A stretch of 64,000 bases of DNA, taken from assembly GCA_964291215.2 (NCBI GenBank), contig OZ219790.1, positions 992,001 through 1,056,000 of the forward strand. Direction: 5' to 3'. Source of the DNA: Alphaproteobacteria bacterium. Lineage in GTDB: Bacteria; Pseudomonadota; Alphaproteobacteria; MPNO01; UBA830. The position numbers were made by a program, and so were the translations under genes. Positions 10,543 through 21,183 of this stretch are shown here, in pieces. The notes beneath the pieces are model-generated. The model was given only the letters and a program-made list of their open reading frames with translations. It was not told where the DNA came from and ran no database searches. Positions within the stretch are counted from its first letter, which is position 1, and each line of letters starts with the position of its first letter.

Positions 10543-11061
10543 TCAGAAGGACGCTCCGGTGCTCGGCTTCAGGTCCTGGCGCCGCACCGCCCGCTCCGGG
10601 AGGGTGGGAAGCACCGGGCCGCGAACCGCGCCGTGCGGCGGCCCGGCTCCAAAGAAGTCGTGTTCGCCCGGCATGATGTCGGCCAGCGTGTATCGGTCGA
10701 GGGTGGCAATAAAAGACGCCAGCGCCTCGTTCAAAACACTCGGCAGCCGACAAGTTCCAGTGATGACGCATCCGTTATCGGAACCGAAACACTCGACCAG
10801 CGCGAAATCCGGTTCGGTCGCGCGCGCCAAGGCACCAAGGTTTATGTCTTGCGACGGCCGCGCTAGCGCAAATCCTCCGGTTCGACCGCGTACGCCACGC
10901 AGATAGCCGGTCCGGGTCAGGCGGTTTACGATCTTCATCAGGTGGCCACGCGACAGGCCGTAGAACTCCGCCGTTTCCTCAATGGTGACGAGACGGTCGC
11001 CGGAAGCGCAAGCATACATAAGCGTGCGCAGCGCGTAGTCGAAGAAGGCAGTCAAGCGCAA
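10543..11061 (-). CDS. nsrR: Rrf2-family regulator, NsrR-like
   Basis: (M)RLTAF.DYALR.LMY, RGRTGGF.LAR, three Cys ECF....C.I...C.L; TTG start; next to nnrS. Confidence 0.8.
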   Translation of the reverse strand: MRLTAFFDYALRTLMYACASGDRLVTIEETAEFYGLSRGHLMKIVNRLTRTGYLRGVRGRTGGFALARPSQDINLGALARATEPDFALVECFGSDNGCVITGTCRLPSVLNEALASFIATLDRYTLADIMPGEHDFFGAGPPHGAVRGPVLPTLPERAVRRQDLKPSTGASF

Positions 11062-11135
11062 GATTGTCTGCCAGTTAGGACGGGTCTGCATACCATGAAG
11101 CAACTCCATCAAGCCAACGGTCATGTTATCGGAAA

Positions 11136-11158
11136 ATGATGCATCTGGCATTCATCTT
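11136..11158. promoter_or_regulatory. NsrR-like operator upstream of nsrR
   Basis: ATGATGCAT-CTGGC-ATTCATCTT, close to the GATGYAT-N5-ATRYATC consensus. Confidence 0.7.
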
Positions 11159-11163
11159 TTCCT

Positions 11164-11779
11164 GTATCTACTCACCCCTAGTTGGGTTCTGATTGGTCGT
11201 AGTGCTCGTTGATGATGTCTGCGGCTTTTCCGTCGAGGGCGATCTGGGTGGCGACGTGATGATTGTAGCCGAGTGCGGCCATGGAGGTGAGGTAGCTTGA
11301 GCCCCGGCACCATGCTTTTGCGTGGAGCGGAAGCATCCGGACACCTTGACCTTTGCCATCCTGATCTTCTGTTCTCCGGCATTGTTGGTGAAGCTGACGT
11401 CGGGGTTGTCTATGAAGCGCAGGTTTTCGTGTTTCACGAGACGTTCGTGCAGGTTGTGCGCGTTTGCGATGCGTTTTCCTTTCGTCGGGATGTCAGGCAG
11501 TTCCTTGGCGCCCTGAGTGAGGGTGGTGCGGTAGCGCCCGGCCTCGTTCAGGGTCCTGGATGCGCTCTTGTTGACCTTGTGGCAGACCTCGCGGAGCAAG
11601 CTCTTCATCAGTCGCGCGGCAGCCTCGACGACGAAGGTCAGTTCGCGCAGCAGGTGGCTGCCGCACAACTGGTGGCTACACTGCCATGTACGAGGCCCAG
11701 GACGCCCTTGTAGCACGGGCCGATCTCTTGCCCGCGCTTGCGGTGCGGGAACTTGCACGTCCCGACGACATGGAGCCAC
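11164..11779 (-). mobile_element. IS66-family partial copy (right end)
   Basis: Near-identical to 7256-~7890 apart from short indels; fused to the truncated MmeI-like gene. Confidence 0.9.
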
Positions 11780-12524
11780 GCGCCAGGTCTTCGTCGAGCG
11801 TCGCCGCGCGCTCGTCCTCCGGCGTATCGAGCACCTCGAACAGTTGCGCGAGCCATGGCCCGAGATCGGCCCCGTTCTCGCCGGTGCGCGTTTCGATGAA
11901 GTCGAGAAAGATGTCGCGCGGCTCGAACACCCCGGTGTCGTCGGCGAACATGCAGAACACTACCCGCACGAGGAAGCGTTCCAGATCGTGCCCCTGGTGC
12001 CCGGCATCGGCGAGAGCATCGTGCAGCCGCCCGACCAGCTCGGCAGCTTCGATGTTCGCCGGGTCCTGGTCCCGGAACGTCCGGCGCTGCACGCCCAGGA
12101 TGAAGCCGAACGACTCGACATGCGCGGGCAGGTCCGCCAGCGGGAAGACAACGGTCTCCCGCTCGTCGAGATCATGAAGCTCGAAGGTCTGAAAGTCGCT
12201 CACCAGGATGAAGCGCGGGCGCTCGCGGTCCGGCAGCGCTTCGAAATACTCCCCGGCCTGTTCGTACGCCTTGCGGAGATCGCGCCCGGCGCTCTTCTGC
12301 TCGACGAGCAGCACGCCCGGCCAGAACAGGTCGATGAAGCCCGAACGGTTATCCAGCTTCGCGACATGCGCCTCGTAGCGGGCAACGTTACGCCGCCGCA
12401 CACCGAACACATCGAAGAAGGCGTTGTAGAAGCTCTGCGTCTCGCCCTTCTCATAGGCCGCATCGCACCACTCTTCGGCGAAGGCTGCCGCCCGCGCCCG
12501 CACCTCGTTCCACGACAGGCGCAT
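11780..12524 (-). pseudogene. MmeI-like type IIL restriction-modification enzyme, N-terminal fragment
   Basis: LSWNEVR.RA..FA.EW....YEKGETQSF, IDLFWPG.LLVEQKS, FCMFADDTGVF; MTase and TRD domains absent. Confidence 0.85.
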
Positions 12525-12561
12525 CAGTCAGACCCGACCGTACCGACGGCGGAAGCCTCGA

Positions 12562-12876
12562 TCATGCGTGCAGCGCACCCGCACGCCGTCCGGCGGCAAC
12601 CCGGTCCCGACGCGCCTGTGCAAGCTCGTAGCTCGCCTGCATCCGCATCCAGTGTTCGGCGGTTCCCCAGCCGATATCCTCCAGCGCCAGCGCCATGTAG
12701 GCCGACACCCCCGCCTTGCCGTTCAGCAAGCGCGACAGCGTTCCGCGCTCGCAGCCGAGCCGAGCCGCCGTCCCGATCACGTTCCAGCCCACATCGTCCA
12801 TGCTCTTGCGGATGAGTTCGCCTAGGTGCGGCGGGTTCAGCATCGGGCCGACGCGGTCTCCTGCAATATCGTTCAT
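12562..12876 (-). CDS. higA: HigA-family antitoxin
   Basis: NPPHLGELIR, LSRLLNGKAGVS..MAL.L, W.RMQ..Y.L; strong RBS. Confidence 0.88.
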   Translation of the reverse strand: MNDIAGDRVGPMLNPPHLGELIRKSMDDVGWNVIGTAARLGCERGTLSRLLNGKAGVSAYMALALEDIGWGTAEHWMRMQASYELAQARRDRVAAGRRAGALHA

Positions 12877-12893
12877 GGTCACACTCCCTCCGG

Positions 12894-13160
12894 TCAGTGA
12901 TAGTCGATCAGGTCCACGGCCTCGCCGTCCTCGAAGCAGAACACCACGCGCCAGTTGCCCGAAACGCGGACGCTCCACTGGCCTGCACGGTCGCCCTTCA
13001 GAGGATGCAGCCGGAAACCCGGCGCGTCGGCGTCGCGCGGATACGCCGCCTCTTGCAGCCGAAACAGGATGCGCTTCAGCCGTGGTGCGAGCGCGGCGGG
13101 CACCCGTGCTGGATTGTCCCGCTCGTGCAGCGCCCGCAGTCCCTTGTGCCTGATCTTCAT
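12894..13160 (-). CDS. higB: HigB/RelE-family toxin
   Basis: IRHKGLR.L, PGFRLHPLKGDR.GQWSVRVSGNWR, C-terminal DYH. Confidence 0.9.
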   Translation of the reverse strand: MKIRHKGLRALHERDNPARVPAALAPRLKRILFRLQEAAYPRDADAPGFRLHPLKGDRAGQWSVRVSGNWRVVFCFEDGEAVDLIDYH

Positions 13161-13600
13161 GATTTACTATGGCGCGCCACGCTACGCGCCGCAAGCGTCC
13201 GCCGTGTCGCCGCGTTCAGCGACAATGCTGCGGAGCGGTAACGGAAGCGTCCCGGCCCGCACCACCGCCGACGGTACGGGCCGGGCGAATGACGCCGCCG
13301 ATGAACGGGACTTCGCACATTGATCTGTTCCCTCGTGCTTCCTATAGTGCCGCTCGGAAGCTGCGCGGCGGTTCGGAGGACTGTCTCCGCAAGTGCGCGG
13401 CGGGCGCTGCCGCTCAAGCGCCGCCCGGGCTGTGAATGCCGATGGCACAACGGCTTGCATCGCCCGACGGGTAGAGCGGTCAGGAAGCACGATTGGAACG
13501 CCCTTCGGCGCGTCGGTTGTCACACCCGACGCAGCCGAGATGACGTCAGCCCTTGCCTGCTCCGCGCCACCTTCGAACACCTACCGCAGAGGACAGGAAC

Positions 13601-13852
13601 ATGGCTGAACCGACGGAAATCCAGGGTATCGGCGCGATGTCCTTCGAAGACGCGCTTGCCGAGCTTGAGGAAATCGTCACCGTCCTCGAAAGCGGCTCCG
13701 GCAAACTCGAGGAATCGATTGCAGCTTATGAGCGCGGCGCCCGCCTTAAGGCGCATTGCGAGGCACGGCTGAAGGCAGCGCAGCAGAGGGTCGAGAAAAT
13801 CTCGCTCGGCGCCGACGGCACCGTTTCCACCGAACCCATGAACGATGGGTGA
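13601..13852 (+). CDS. xseB: Exodeoxyribonuclease VII small subunit
   Basis: MSFEDALAELEEIV..LESG...LEESI..YERG..L..HC. Confidence 0.95.
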   Translation: MAEPTEIQGIGAMSFEDALAELEEIVTVLESGSGKLEESIAAYERGARLKAHCEARLKAAQQRVEKISLGADGTVSTEPMNDG

Positions 13853-13917
13853 CGCCACCGTTTCCGGACCGTCCCGGCGTACTCGAATTTTTTCTGCGCG
13901 GACGAACAGTCTCTGAG

Positions 13918-15301
13918 GGTGGGAGTTTCGTATGGCACAGTTGCAGGCTCAGTTCCATTTGTTCATCTCATGCGGCCAGTGCCGGGGGGTGATTGGGGCT
14001 GATGTTGTCGTTGGCCGGTGCGTCGTCTGCACCGAATCATGGCCGTCCACGCGCTCTCGAAGCGGTCGAGCAGGGCGCGGAAGGTGACTGTCCGCCGACG
14101 ATGCGCCGGCGCATGCCGGAGCGTTTCATGCGCTGTGTGACAAGGGTCTTGTTTGCCGCCTCGACAATTCCCGAGCCGGTTGCTTCAGCGCGTGGTAGCG
14201 CATGCGGTGGCGATGCTTGCGGAAGAAGGCCGGTTCCCTGTCGATGTTGGCGCCGCGGTGTCGCGAAGGTGGCGCAGCGCCCGGATCACCCTGTCGATGC
14301 CGCGGGGGTCGTGACGCAGGATCTCGCGGTACTTCTCGAACCAGTGGGGCAGTGCTGCATGGTCGGCCGCCACGCGCAGATGCTCGCAGGCATGCCAAAA
14401 GTCGATCACCTCGGTTTCGGGCTCGAGACCCCCGAGGAAGGTCCAGTTGTCGGCGGCGGCGACGATGGCGCTGATCTCGGGACGCCTCCGCCTGATATGC
14501 GCGACCTCGCTTGCGAGCTGCGCCTTCAGCGTGCACTTTCGGCCCTCGGGCATGCGGCCAAGACAGACGGTCTTCAGGCGCTCACCGTCGTGGAAGGAGA
14601 CCGTGCCACAGGCCGCCTCTCGCGCCAGCAGGCCTCGGAACGGCCGTCCTCGCCGGCCCGCAGCGCCACCATGACACCGTCCAGCGAGGCGGTGACCGCG
14701 TCCTGCGGGATGTCCTCCGCTTCCCGGATGTCGGGGCCGAGACTTTCCCGGCGCTCCTGCGCATGGTCAGGCGCTGCAAGGTGCTCACAGACGGCGTCAT
14801 GGCGCCGAGCTTGCCGAAGAACGCCTCCGCTGCCGCCCATCATCATCAGCCCAAGCCGCCGGCCGTGTCAGCTAGTCGTCGACGAGGCTTTCGTCCACCG
14901 GCATCAGCGACCGGCAGCGCGCGCCGGTGCGGTAGCGCGCACGCCGAAAGGTCACCGGGCGAGGTCATCATCGTCTTCGGCGCCACACGGAACCATCTCT
15001 GCCCGTCCCGCTCGATCCGGGGCGCACCGTCGTCCCGGGCCTCGGCACCCGGGATCTCGCAGCGCGTACACGCTCTCACGCACCCGTCGCTCCGTTTCCT
15101 CAAAGGCCTCGGCAGAGCGCTGCGAACCGAGTTGCTGATGACAAACTGCGGTTATCTGCGTGACCGCCTCGACAACCCGAGGCGGCAAGCCGGAAATATC
15201 GATCGACGCGGAAGGCTGCGAAACTGACATGCGAGCGCTCCTGATGCTGTGGATTGTCACCGATATCATCTCGCATCTTGCGGTGCAGAGCGTTCCCACC
15301 T
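13918..15301 (-). mobile_element. ISKra4-family element, degenerate transposase
   Basis: SLDGVMV, CWRE, MPEGRK.TLKAQL, DNWTFL, IDFWHACEHL; weak GGTGGGA inverted termini. Confidence 0.75.
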
Positions 15302-15662
15302 CCACCGCTCGGCCCGTGACAAAATCCTGTCCTGAAACGGGCGATCGTCACGAAAATCCGTTTTCGCCGCTGCCTTGCAACCACACAACCGTGTTAAGTC
15401 AATGACTTGCATTCGCCATATGAAAACTGCCCCCGTATCTGACGCCCGATTCGCGCCCCGTCAGCAAAAGCGCCTGCACGATGATCCAGATCCCTGCGAA
15501 CGGTCCGTCGCCGCCCGCATCACGGTCTTTGAGTGAGACCGGATTGACCGTCCGGTCGACCGCCCGCAAGATGACCCACCCGAGCGACAACCATCCAGGC
15601 CCGACCAGGGTGCCCGCAGGGCATCTGCGCCGCCAGCCATGCGGGCGCCGGGAACAGCAGCC

Positions 15663-16400
15663 GTGAAGCGAAAGCCCGATGCTCTGCTCGTAGAGCGCGG
15701 ACTGGCGCAAGATTTGCGCGAAGCCCGCGCCCTCATTTTAGCCGGACGGATCTATTCGGGCACACGCCGGGTCAACAAGCCGGGCATTGCGATCGACGGG
15801 GACGCCGAACTCGAGGTTCGGCACAACACCCATCCATGGGTATCCCGGGGCGGCGTCAAGCTCGATCACGGTCTCGCAAGATTCAGAATCGAGGTCGCCG
15901 GCGCAACCGCCCTCGACATCGGTACCTCAACCGGCGGATTTACCCATGTCCTGCTCGAACGCGGCGCGAGGCTCGTCTACGCCGTGGATGTCGGCTACGG
16001 CCAGCTGCACTGGTCGCTCCGCACCGATTCCCGGGTCGCGGTGCTCGACCGAACCAATGCCCGGTACCTGAACGGAGACCAGATTTCGGAACCGGTCGAC
16101 ATCGTCGTGTGCGACGCGAGCTTCATCGGCCTGACGACGGTCCTGCCGGCAGCCCTCGCCCTGACCGCGCAGGGCGCCCGGCTCTGCGCGCTGATCAAAC
16201 CACAGTTCGAAGTTGACCGGGCAGATGTCGCCAAAGGTGGAATCGTCGCGGATTCGGCCCTTCACGAAGAGGTCTGCGCGCGAATCGGTTCGTGGATCTC
16301 GGCCCAGCCCGGCTGGTGCCTCCTCGGCATCGAGCAGAGCCCGGTCACGGGCAGTGCCGGCAACACCGAATTTCTCATGGGCGCGGCAAAGGACGGCTGA
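15663..16400 (+). CDS. tlyA: TlyA rRNA 2'-O-methyltransferase
   Basis: WVSRGGVKL, DIGTSTGGFT, VDVGYGQL, LIKPQFE, GN.EF. Confidence 0.95.
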   Translation: MKRKPDALLVERGLAQDLREARALILAGRIYSGTRRVNKPGIAIDGDAELEVRHNTHPWVSRGGVKLDHGLARFRIEVAGATALDIGTSTGGFTHVLLERGARLVYAVDVGYGQLHWSLRTDSRVAVLDRTNARYLNGDQISEPVDIVVCDASFIGLTTVLPAALALTAQGARLCALIKPQFEVDRADVAKGGIVADSALHEEVCARIGSWISAQPGWCLLGIEQSPVTGSAGNTEFLMGAAKDG

Positions 16401-16421
16401 GCCGCCCGTCGCGGCGGCACG

Positions 16422-17492
16422 CTATCCGCACTGTGCGCGGTGGCGGAGCAGGTGATCAGCGAGCACGCAAGCCACCATCGCCTCGCCGACCGGCACCCCG
16501 CGAATGCCGACACAGGGATCATGCCGTCCCCGGGTGGCGATGTCCGCATCCCGACCGCGGGTCGTCACGGTGCGCCGCTGAGTGGTGATCGAACTTGTCG
16601 GCTTAACAACAAACCGGACCACAATGTCCTGGCCGGTGGAGATGCCGCCGAGAATCCCGCCGGCTTGGTTGGAAAGAAACCCGACCTCTCCGTCCTGCAT
16701 CCGCATCTCGTCGGCGTTCTCCTCGCCTGTCAGCGCGGCCGCGCCGAACCCAGCACCGATCTCGACGCCCTTGACCGCGTTGATGCCCATGAGCGCGCCC
16801 GCCAGGTCACTGTCGAGCTTGCCGTAGACAGGCGCACCGAGCCCCACGGGAACACCGGAGGCAACGATCTCAATGACCGCACCGATGGAGCTTCCTTCCC
16901 TGCGCACCTCGTCAAGATAGGACTCCCACACTTTCGCGGTCCGCGAATCGGGGCACCAGAACGGGTTACGGCCGGTCTCGGCCCAACTCCAGCGCGACCG
17001 GTCGACAGCAAGCTCACCCATCTGGACCATGGCGCCGCGTATGCGAACGCGGCGCCCGAGTATCTTGCGCGCAATGCCGCCTGCGGCGACCCGACACGCG
17101 GTTTCGCGGGCAGAAGCCCGCCCGCCGCCCCGGTAGTCGCGGAGCCCGTACTTCGTCCAGTAAGTGTAGTCCGCGTGTCCGGGACGGAACAGGTCCTTGA
17201 TAGCCGAGTAGTCGCGCGAACGCGCGTCCTGGTTTCGGATCATCAGGCTGACGGGCGTTCCCGTGGTCCGTCCATCGAAGACGCCAGAGAGGATCTCGAC
17301 CTGATCGGGCTCGCGGCGCTGGGTAACGAAACGCGAACTTCCGGGTTTGCGGCGATCGAGCCATGTCTGGATGTCCGGCTCCGAAAGCCGCAGCCCGGGC
17401 GGCACACCGTCGACCACGCATCCGATTGCCGGGCCGTGGCTCTCGCCCCAGGTCGTCAAGCGAAAGACATGGCCGAAGCTGTTGTGGGACAT
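16422..17492 (-). CDS. aroC: Chorismate synthase
   Basis: [30 protein letters not shown]. Confidence 0.98.
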   Translation of the reverse strand: MSHNSFGHVFRLTTWGESHGPAIGCVVDGVPPGLRLSEPDIQTWLDRRKPGSSRFVTQRREPDQVEILSGVFDGRTTGTPVSLMIRNQDARSRDYSAIKDLFRPGHADYTYWTKYGLRDYRGGGRASARETACRVAAGGIARKILGRRVRIRGAMVQMGELAVDRSRWSWAETGRNPFWCPDSRTAKVWESYLDEVRREGSSIGAVIEIVASGVPVGLGAPVYGKLDSDLAGALMGINAVKGVEIGAGFGAAALTGEENADEMRMQDGEVGFLSNQAGGILGGISTGQDIVVRFVVKPTSSITTQRRTVTTRGRDADIATRGRHDPCVGIRGVPVGEAMVACVLADHLLRHRAQCG

Positions 17493-17496
17493 GCGG

Positions 17497-18309
17497 CTAG
17501 ACGACGGAAATGTCGGGCGCGTCGACAGCCTTCATGCCGACAACATGGTAGCCGCTGTCGACGTGATGCACCTCACCCGTCACTCCGGCCGCCAGGTCCG
17601 AGAGCAGATAGGTGGCCGCGCCGCCGACATCGTCGATCGTCGTATTGCGCTTCAAGGGCGAGTTATAGGCATTCCACTTGAGAATGTAACGGAAATCGCC
17701 GATTCCGGAAGCTGCGAGGGTCTTGATCGGGCCGGCAGAGATCGCATTCACGCGAATGCCGTCTCCGCCGAGATCGGCGGCGATATATCTGACGCTGGCT
17801 TCGAGCGCGGCCTTGGCAAGACCCATGACATTGTAGTGCGGCATCACCCGCTCGGCACCGTGATAGGTCATGGTCAGCAGGCTGCCGCCATCCGTCATCA
17901 GCGGCGCGGCGCGGTGGCAGATTGCCGTAAACGAATAGCAAGAAACGTTCATCGTCAGGCTGAAGTTCTCGAGGCTCGTATCGACGTACCGCCCCTTCAG
18001 CTCGTCCTTGTCCGCAAAGGCAATGGCATGTACGAGGAAGTCGAGCCTCCCCCAGTCCGAACGGATCCTTTGGAACACGGCGTCCATGCTCGCCGCGTCT
18101 GTCACGTCACAGGACAGCACCAGCTCCGAGCTCACGGATGCAGCCAGCGGGCGCACCCGCTTCTCGACGGCCTCTCCCTGATAGGTAAAAGCCAGAGTCG
18201 CGCCATGTTCGGCGAGCGTCCGACTGATTCCCCAGGCGATCGAACGTTCGTTCGCGACGCCCATGATCAGGCCGCGCTTGCCCTGCATCAGACCATGTGC
18301 GTCCGCCAT
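17497..18309 (-). CDS. fabI: Enoyl-ACP reductase
   Basis: [33 protein letters not shown]. Confidence 0.97.
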   Translation of the reverse strand: MADAHGLMQGKRGLIMGVANERSIAWGISRTLAEHGATLAFTYQGEAVEKRVRPLAASVSSELVLSCDVTDAASMDAVFQRIRSDWGRLDFLVHAIAFADKDELKGRYVDTSLENFSLTMNVSCYSFTAICHRAAPLMTDGGSLLTMTYHGAERVMPHYNVMGLAKAALEASVRYIAADLGGDGIRVNAISAGPIKTLAASGIGDFRYILKWNAYNSPLKRNTTIDDVGGAATYLLSDLAAGVTGEVHHVDSGYHVVGMKAVDAPDISVV

Positions 18310-18558
18310 TTCGTTCCCGATATTCCCAGAATTCGGAGTGACGACGATCGCGCACCCCCAGATTCCGGCATCCTACAGGATACGACCCAGTCGTCAAGCC
18401 GAGACGGTTGCCGGCAATGAGCGATCTGCTGCCGCAATCCGCCGTTTTTCCGTCCTGCAAAAGGCCGCCGACGCGCTTCCGATGGTGCTCCCGGACCAAA
18501 TCGCGGCAAGCCCGAACCTCCCCCACCGGAGCGATCCGGCCCGACAGCCCGGTCCTGC

Positions 18559-19581
18559 CTATACGCAGAGAGCCCGGTGGATGCGGAGAAGTTCGGGAAT
18601 GGTGGCGGGATCGCGCCGGCCGAAACCGCACTCGGTCGCGATATCGTAGGAGTCCACGAACCTATCGGCCGTCGCCATCCGGACGCGACTGCCCTCCACA
18701 CCGTCCGTGTAATGCACCAGGCCGAGGATAAGCCGGGTTTCTGCCGCCAAGCCGAGATTCGCAAGCGGCGCGAAATACGCGTCGTCAGCACGGCCGCGGG
18801 GCACCGGCATGTGGATGAAATCCACCCGCCGCGGCACACGCTCGACAATAGCGTTGGCGAAAGCGACCGACGTTCCCAGATCCTCGGGCTCGATCAGATG
18901 CTTGTGGCCGGGATCGCCGTAGCACAGGTGAATGCCGAACTCGGCCTCGTCGTCGACCAGCTGCGCAAGCCGCGCGATGCGCTCTATCGCGCCCTCTACG
19001 GGATCGTCATAGGGCAACTGTACGCCGCCGTCCGCGCCGACCACCTCCAGGCAGACATCGAGCTGGAGGCTCAGCCTCTCGGCAGGAATGCCCATGCGGA
19101 TCTTCTCGAGATCGCGCGCAAGGGCCGCCTCCACAGCCGGTTCCAAAAGCAGTTGTTCGTCCGCTTTGGCGTAAGAGAAGACCAGCGCCATCGGCGTCGG
19201 CACCGCGACCATGAAACGGCAGTCACCGCCGATGCTGCCTTTGCGCTGAAGCCGCGAAAACAGGGCAAACGATTCGAGTGCCACGTCGCCGTAGCCAAGT
19301 TCCCCGAGATCGATATCTTCGGGCGTAACGCCTACCGCGATCCCGAAGACCGGACGATCGACGCCGTCTCCGAATCGGGCATGATCGAGCCTGCCGACCA
19401 GTTCGAGCGCGCCGCACCGGGCGAACGTGGCGCGCTGCCAGCGAATCCAGTTGCTCCGCTCCCCGGTTTCGCCGTCCGGAATGCGCGGACACAGGTCGCC
19501 CAGACTGTCCGAAACCGTGGCAAACACGGTCTCGGCATCCGCGAGACTGACGCTTCCGACAAGATGCACCCGATGCTGCAC
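18559..19581 (-). CDS. Cobalamin-independent methionine synthase-like (single-barrel MetE-like) protein, function unknown
   Basis: HLVGS, PDGETGER..W, GIHLCYGD, TECGFGR Zn-type motifs. Confidence 0.7.
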   Translation of the reverse strand: MQHRVHLVGSVSLADAETVFATVSDSLGDLCPRIPDGETGERSNWIRWQRATFARCGALELVGRLDHARFGDGVDRPVFGIAVGVTPEDIDLGELGYGDVALESFALFSRLQRKGSIGGDCRFMVAVPTPMALVFSYAKADEQLLLEPAVEAALARDLEKIRMGIPAERLSLQLDVCLEVVGADGGVQLPYDDPVEGAIERIARLAQLVDDEAEFGIHLCYGDPGHKHLIEPEDLGTSVAFANAIVERVPRRVDFIHMPVPRGRADDAYFAPLANLGLAAETRLILGLVHYTDGVEGSRVRMATADRFVDSYDIATECGFGRRDPATIPELLRIHRALCV

Positions 19582-19611
19582 CGGTCAGGTGTTCCGCAGC
19601 ACCATCCAGTC

Positions 19612-20082
19612 TCAGCCGACAATCTTCCACGTACCGTCCGGCTGGCGGCAGGCCGTACCATAGGCGCTCTCGGTCTGGCCGCCGATGGTGACCGTCTGCT
19701 GGTATTCGCGGCAATATCGTCCGGCCTGATTCTTGTAGGCCGGGCGGGCCGTGATCGTGCCGCTATTCCCGCTGTCCGGATTGCTCCAAGTCGATACCTG
19801 GCCACTCTTCGATTTCTCGAGCGCAGTCTGCGTCGTCCGTCGCATCGCCATGCGGTCGATATTGTCAAGTGATTTTCCGATCTCGCTGCCGACTATCGCG
19901 CCGGCAACGGCGCCGACAGCGGTCGCCGCCAACCTGCCCTTGCCCTTGCCGACGTTCGAGCCAAGCACGCCGCCGGCCACGGTGCCGAGAATGGCGCCGC
20001 CCGTCTGTTTCGGATTCTGGCATCCTGACAGCAGCAGGCCTGACACCACGAGGCATGGAATGAGGATCCTGAACGGTTTCAT
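19612..20082 (-). CDS. 17-kDa surface antigen-like glycine-zipper lipoprotein
   Basis: Lipobox LLSGC, Gly zipper, W.NPDSG.SG, YCREYQQ..GTACRQPDG.W. Confidence 0.9.
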   Translation of the reverse strand: MKPFRILIPCLVVSGLLLSGCQNPKQTGGAILGTVAGGVLGSNVGKGKGRLAATAVGAVAGAIVGSEIGKSLDNIDRMAMRRTTQTALEKSKSGQVSTWSNPDSGNSGTITARPAYKNQAGRYCREYQQTVTIGGQTESAYGTACRQPDGTWKIVG

Positions 20083-20289
20083 GAGAGGTCGTCTCCTTCT
20101 TCGCCTGCCGGTCGAGGCGGCAGGCACAGTACCGTTGTCCGAACCCGGACCGGTCCGGCGGACCTTGCCCGGGAATGGGAATATAATTACATCAGGAAAC
20201 GCAGATGTCACCCTGATTTTCATGACACAGGGGTGGTGGTGCGTACGGACAACCCTTGACTGCACGCGCGGCGATACCCGGAGCGGGAG

Positions 20290-20883
20290 ATGACGGAGAA
20301 GCCTGTCGACAATCCCATCGACACGTTCCTCTCGTGGCTCGACGATGCCCGGCAATCGGAACCTGACGTGCACACGGCCATGACGCTCGCCACCGCCGAC
20401 AGGAGCGGCCGACCGTCGGCCCGCATGGTGCTGCTCAAGGAAGCCGACGCCCGGGGTTTCGTCTTCTACACCAATGCCGAGAGCCGCAAGGGTGAGGATC
20501 TCGCCGCCAACCCCCACGCGTCGCTCGTGTTTCACTGGAAATCCCTCAAACGCCAGGTGCGCATTGACGGCACGGTCGAACAGGTGACGGATGAGGAAGC
20601 CGACACCTACTTCGCGACACGTCCGCGCGGTAGCCAGATCGCGGCCTGGGCGTCGGACCAGTCCCGTCCAATCACGTCGCGTCTTGAACTGGAACGGAGA
20701 ATGGTGAGCTATACGGCGCGTTTCGGCGCCGGCGCCGTTCCGCGCCCGCCGCACTGGACCGGATACCGGGTCGTCCCTTCCCGCATCGAATTCTGGCAGA
20801 ACCGCGCCTTCCGGCTGCATGAACGGACCGTCTACACGCTCGCCGACGGCGGTCGCTGGCAAGTCGAGCACCTCTTTCCTTAG
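20290..20883 (+). CDS. pdxH: Pyridoxamine 5'-phosphate oxidase
   Basis: ARMVLLK, FYTN.ESRKG, RQVRI.G, IEFWQ..FRLHER. Confidence 0.97.
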   Translation: MTEKPVDNPIDTFLSWLDDARQSEPDVHTAMTLATADRSGRPSARMVLLKEADARGFVFYTNAESRKGEDLAANPHASLVFHWKSLKRQVRIDGTVEQVTDEEADTYFATRPRGSQIAAWASDQSRPITSRLELERRMVSYTARFGAGAVPRPPHWTGYRVVPSRIEFWQNRAFRLHERTVYTLADGGRWQVEHLFP

Positions 20884-20898
20884 CGTCGGCCGCCGCAC

Positions 20899-21091
20899 CA
20901 CGATGATCCCACGCTGCTAATTCGGCGACGACTGGCGAGATTTTTACAGTTTGCGTCGCGCTGCAATCGTGCCGCCAAGGCTCAATGGGACCTTCTCGGC
21001 ACAAAAATTGCGATCAAGGAGGCGATCTGTGATAACGCGAGCCCCAACGCATTCGGATTTCGCGTCTCCGAATTAGCATGGGATCGTCGTG
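20899..21091 (-). mobile_element. MITE-A copy 2 (193 bp)
   Basis: Reverse complement of copy 1 with substitutions; only GCAC is duplicated at the flanks. Confidence 0.9.
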
Positions 21092-21183
21092 GCACGGACG
21101 GCGCTTGCATCGACAGTCGATCGGCACCATTCTTCGTGCAGTCCGGTCGGCGTTACGTGGACGCCTACACGCAGGAGGCCACC

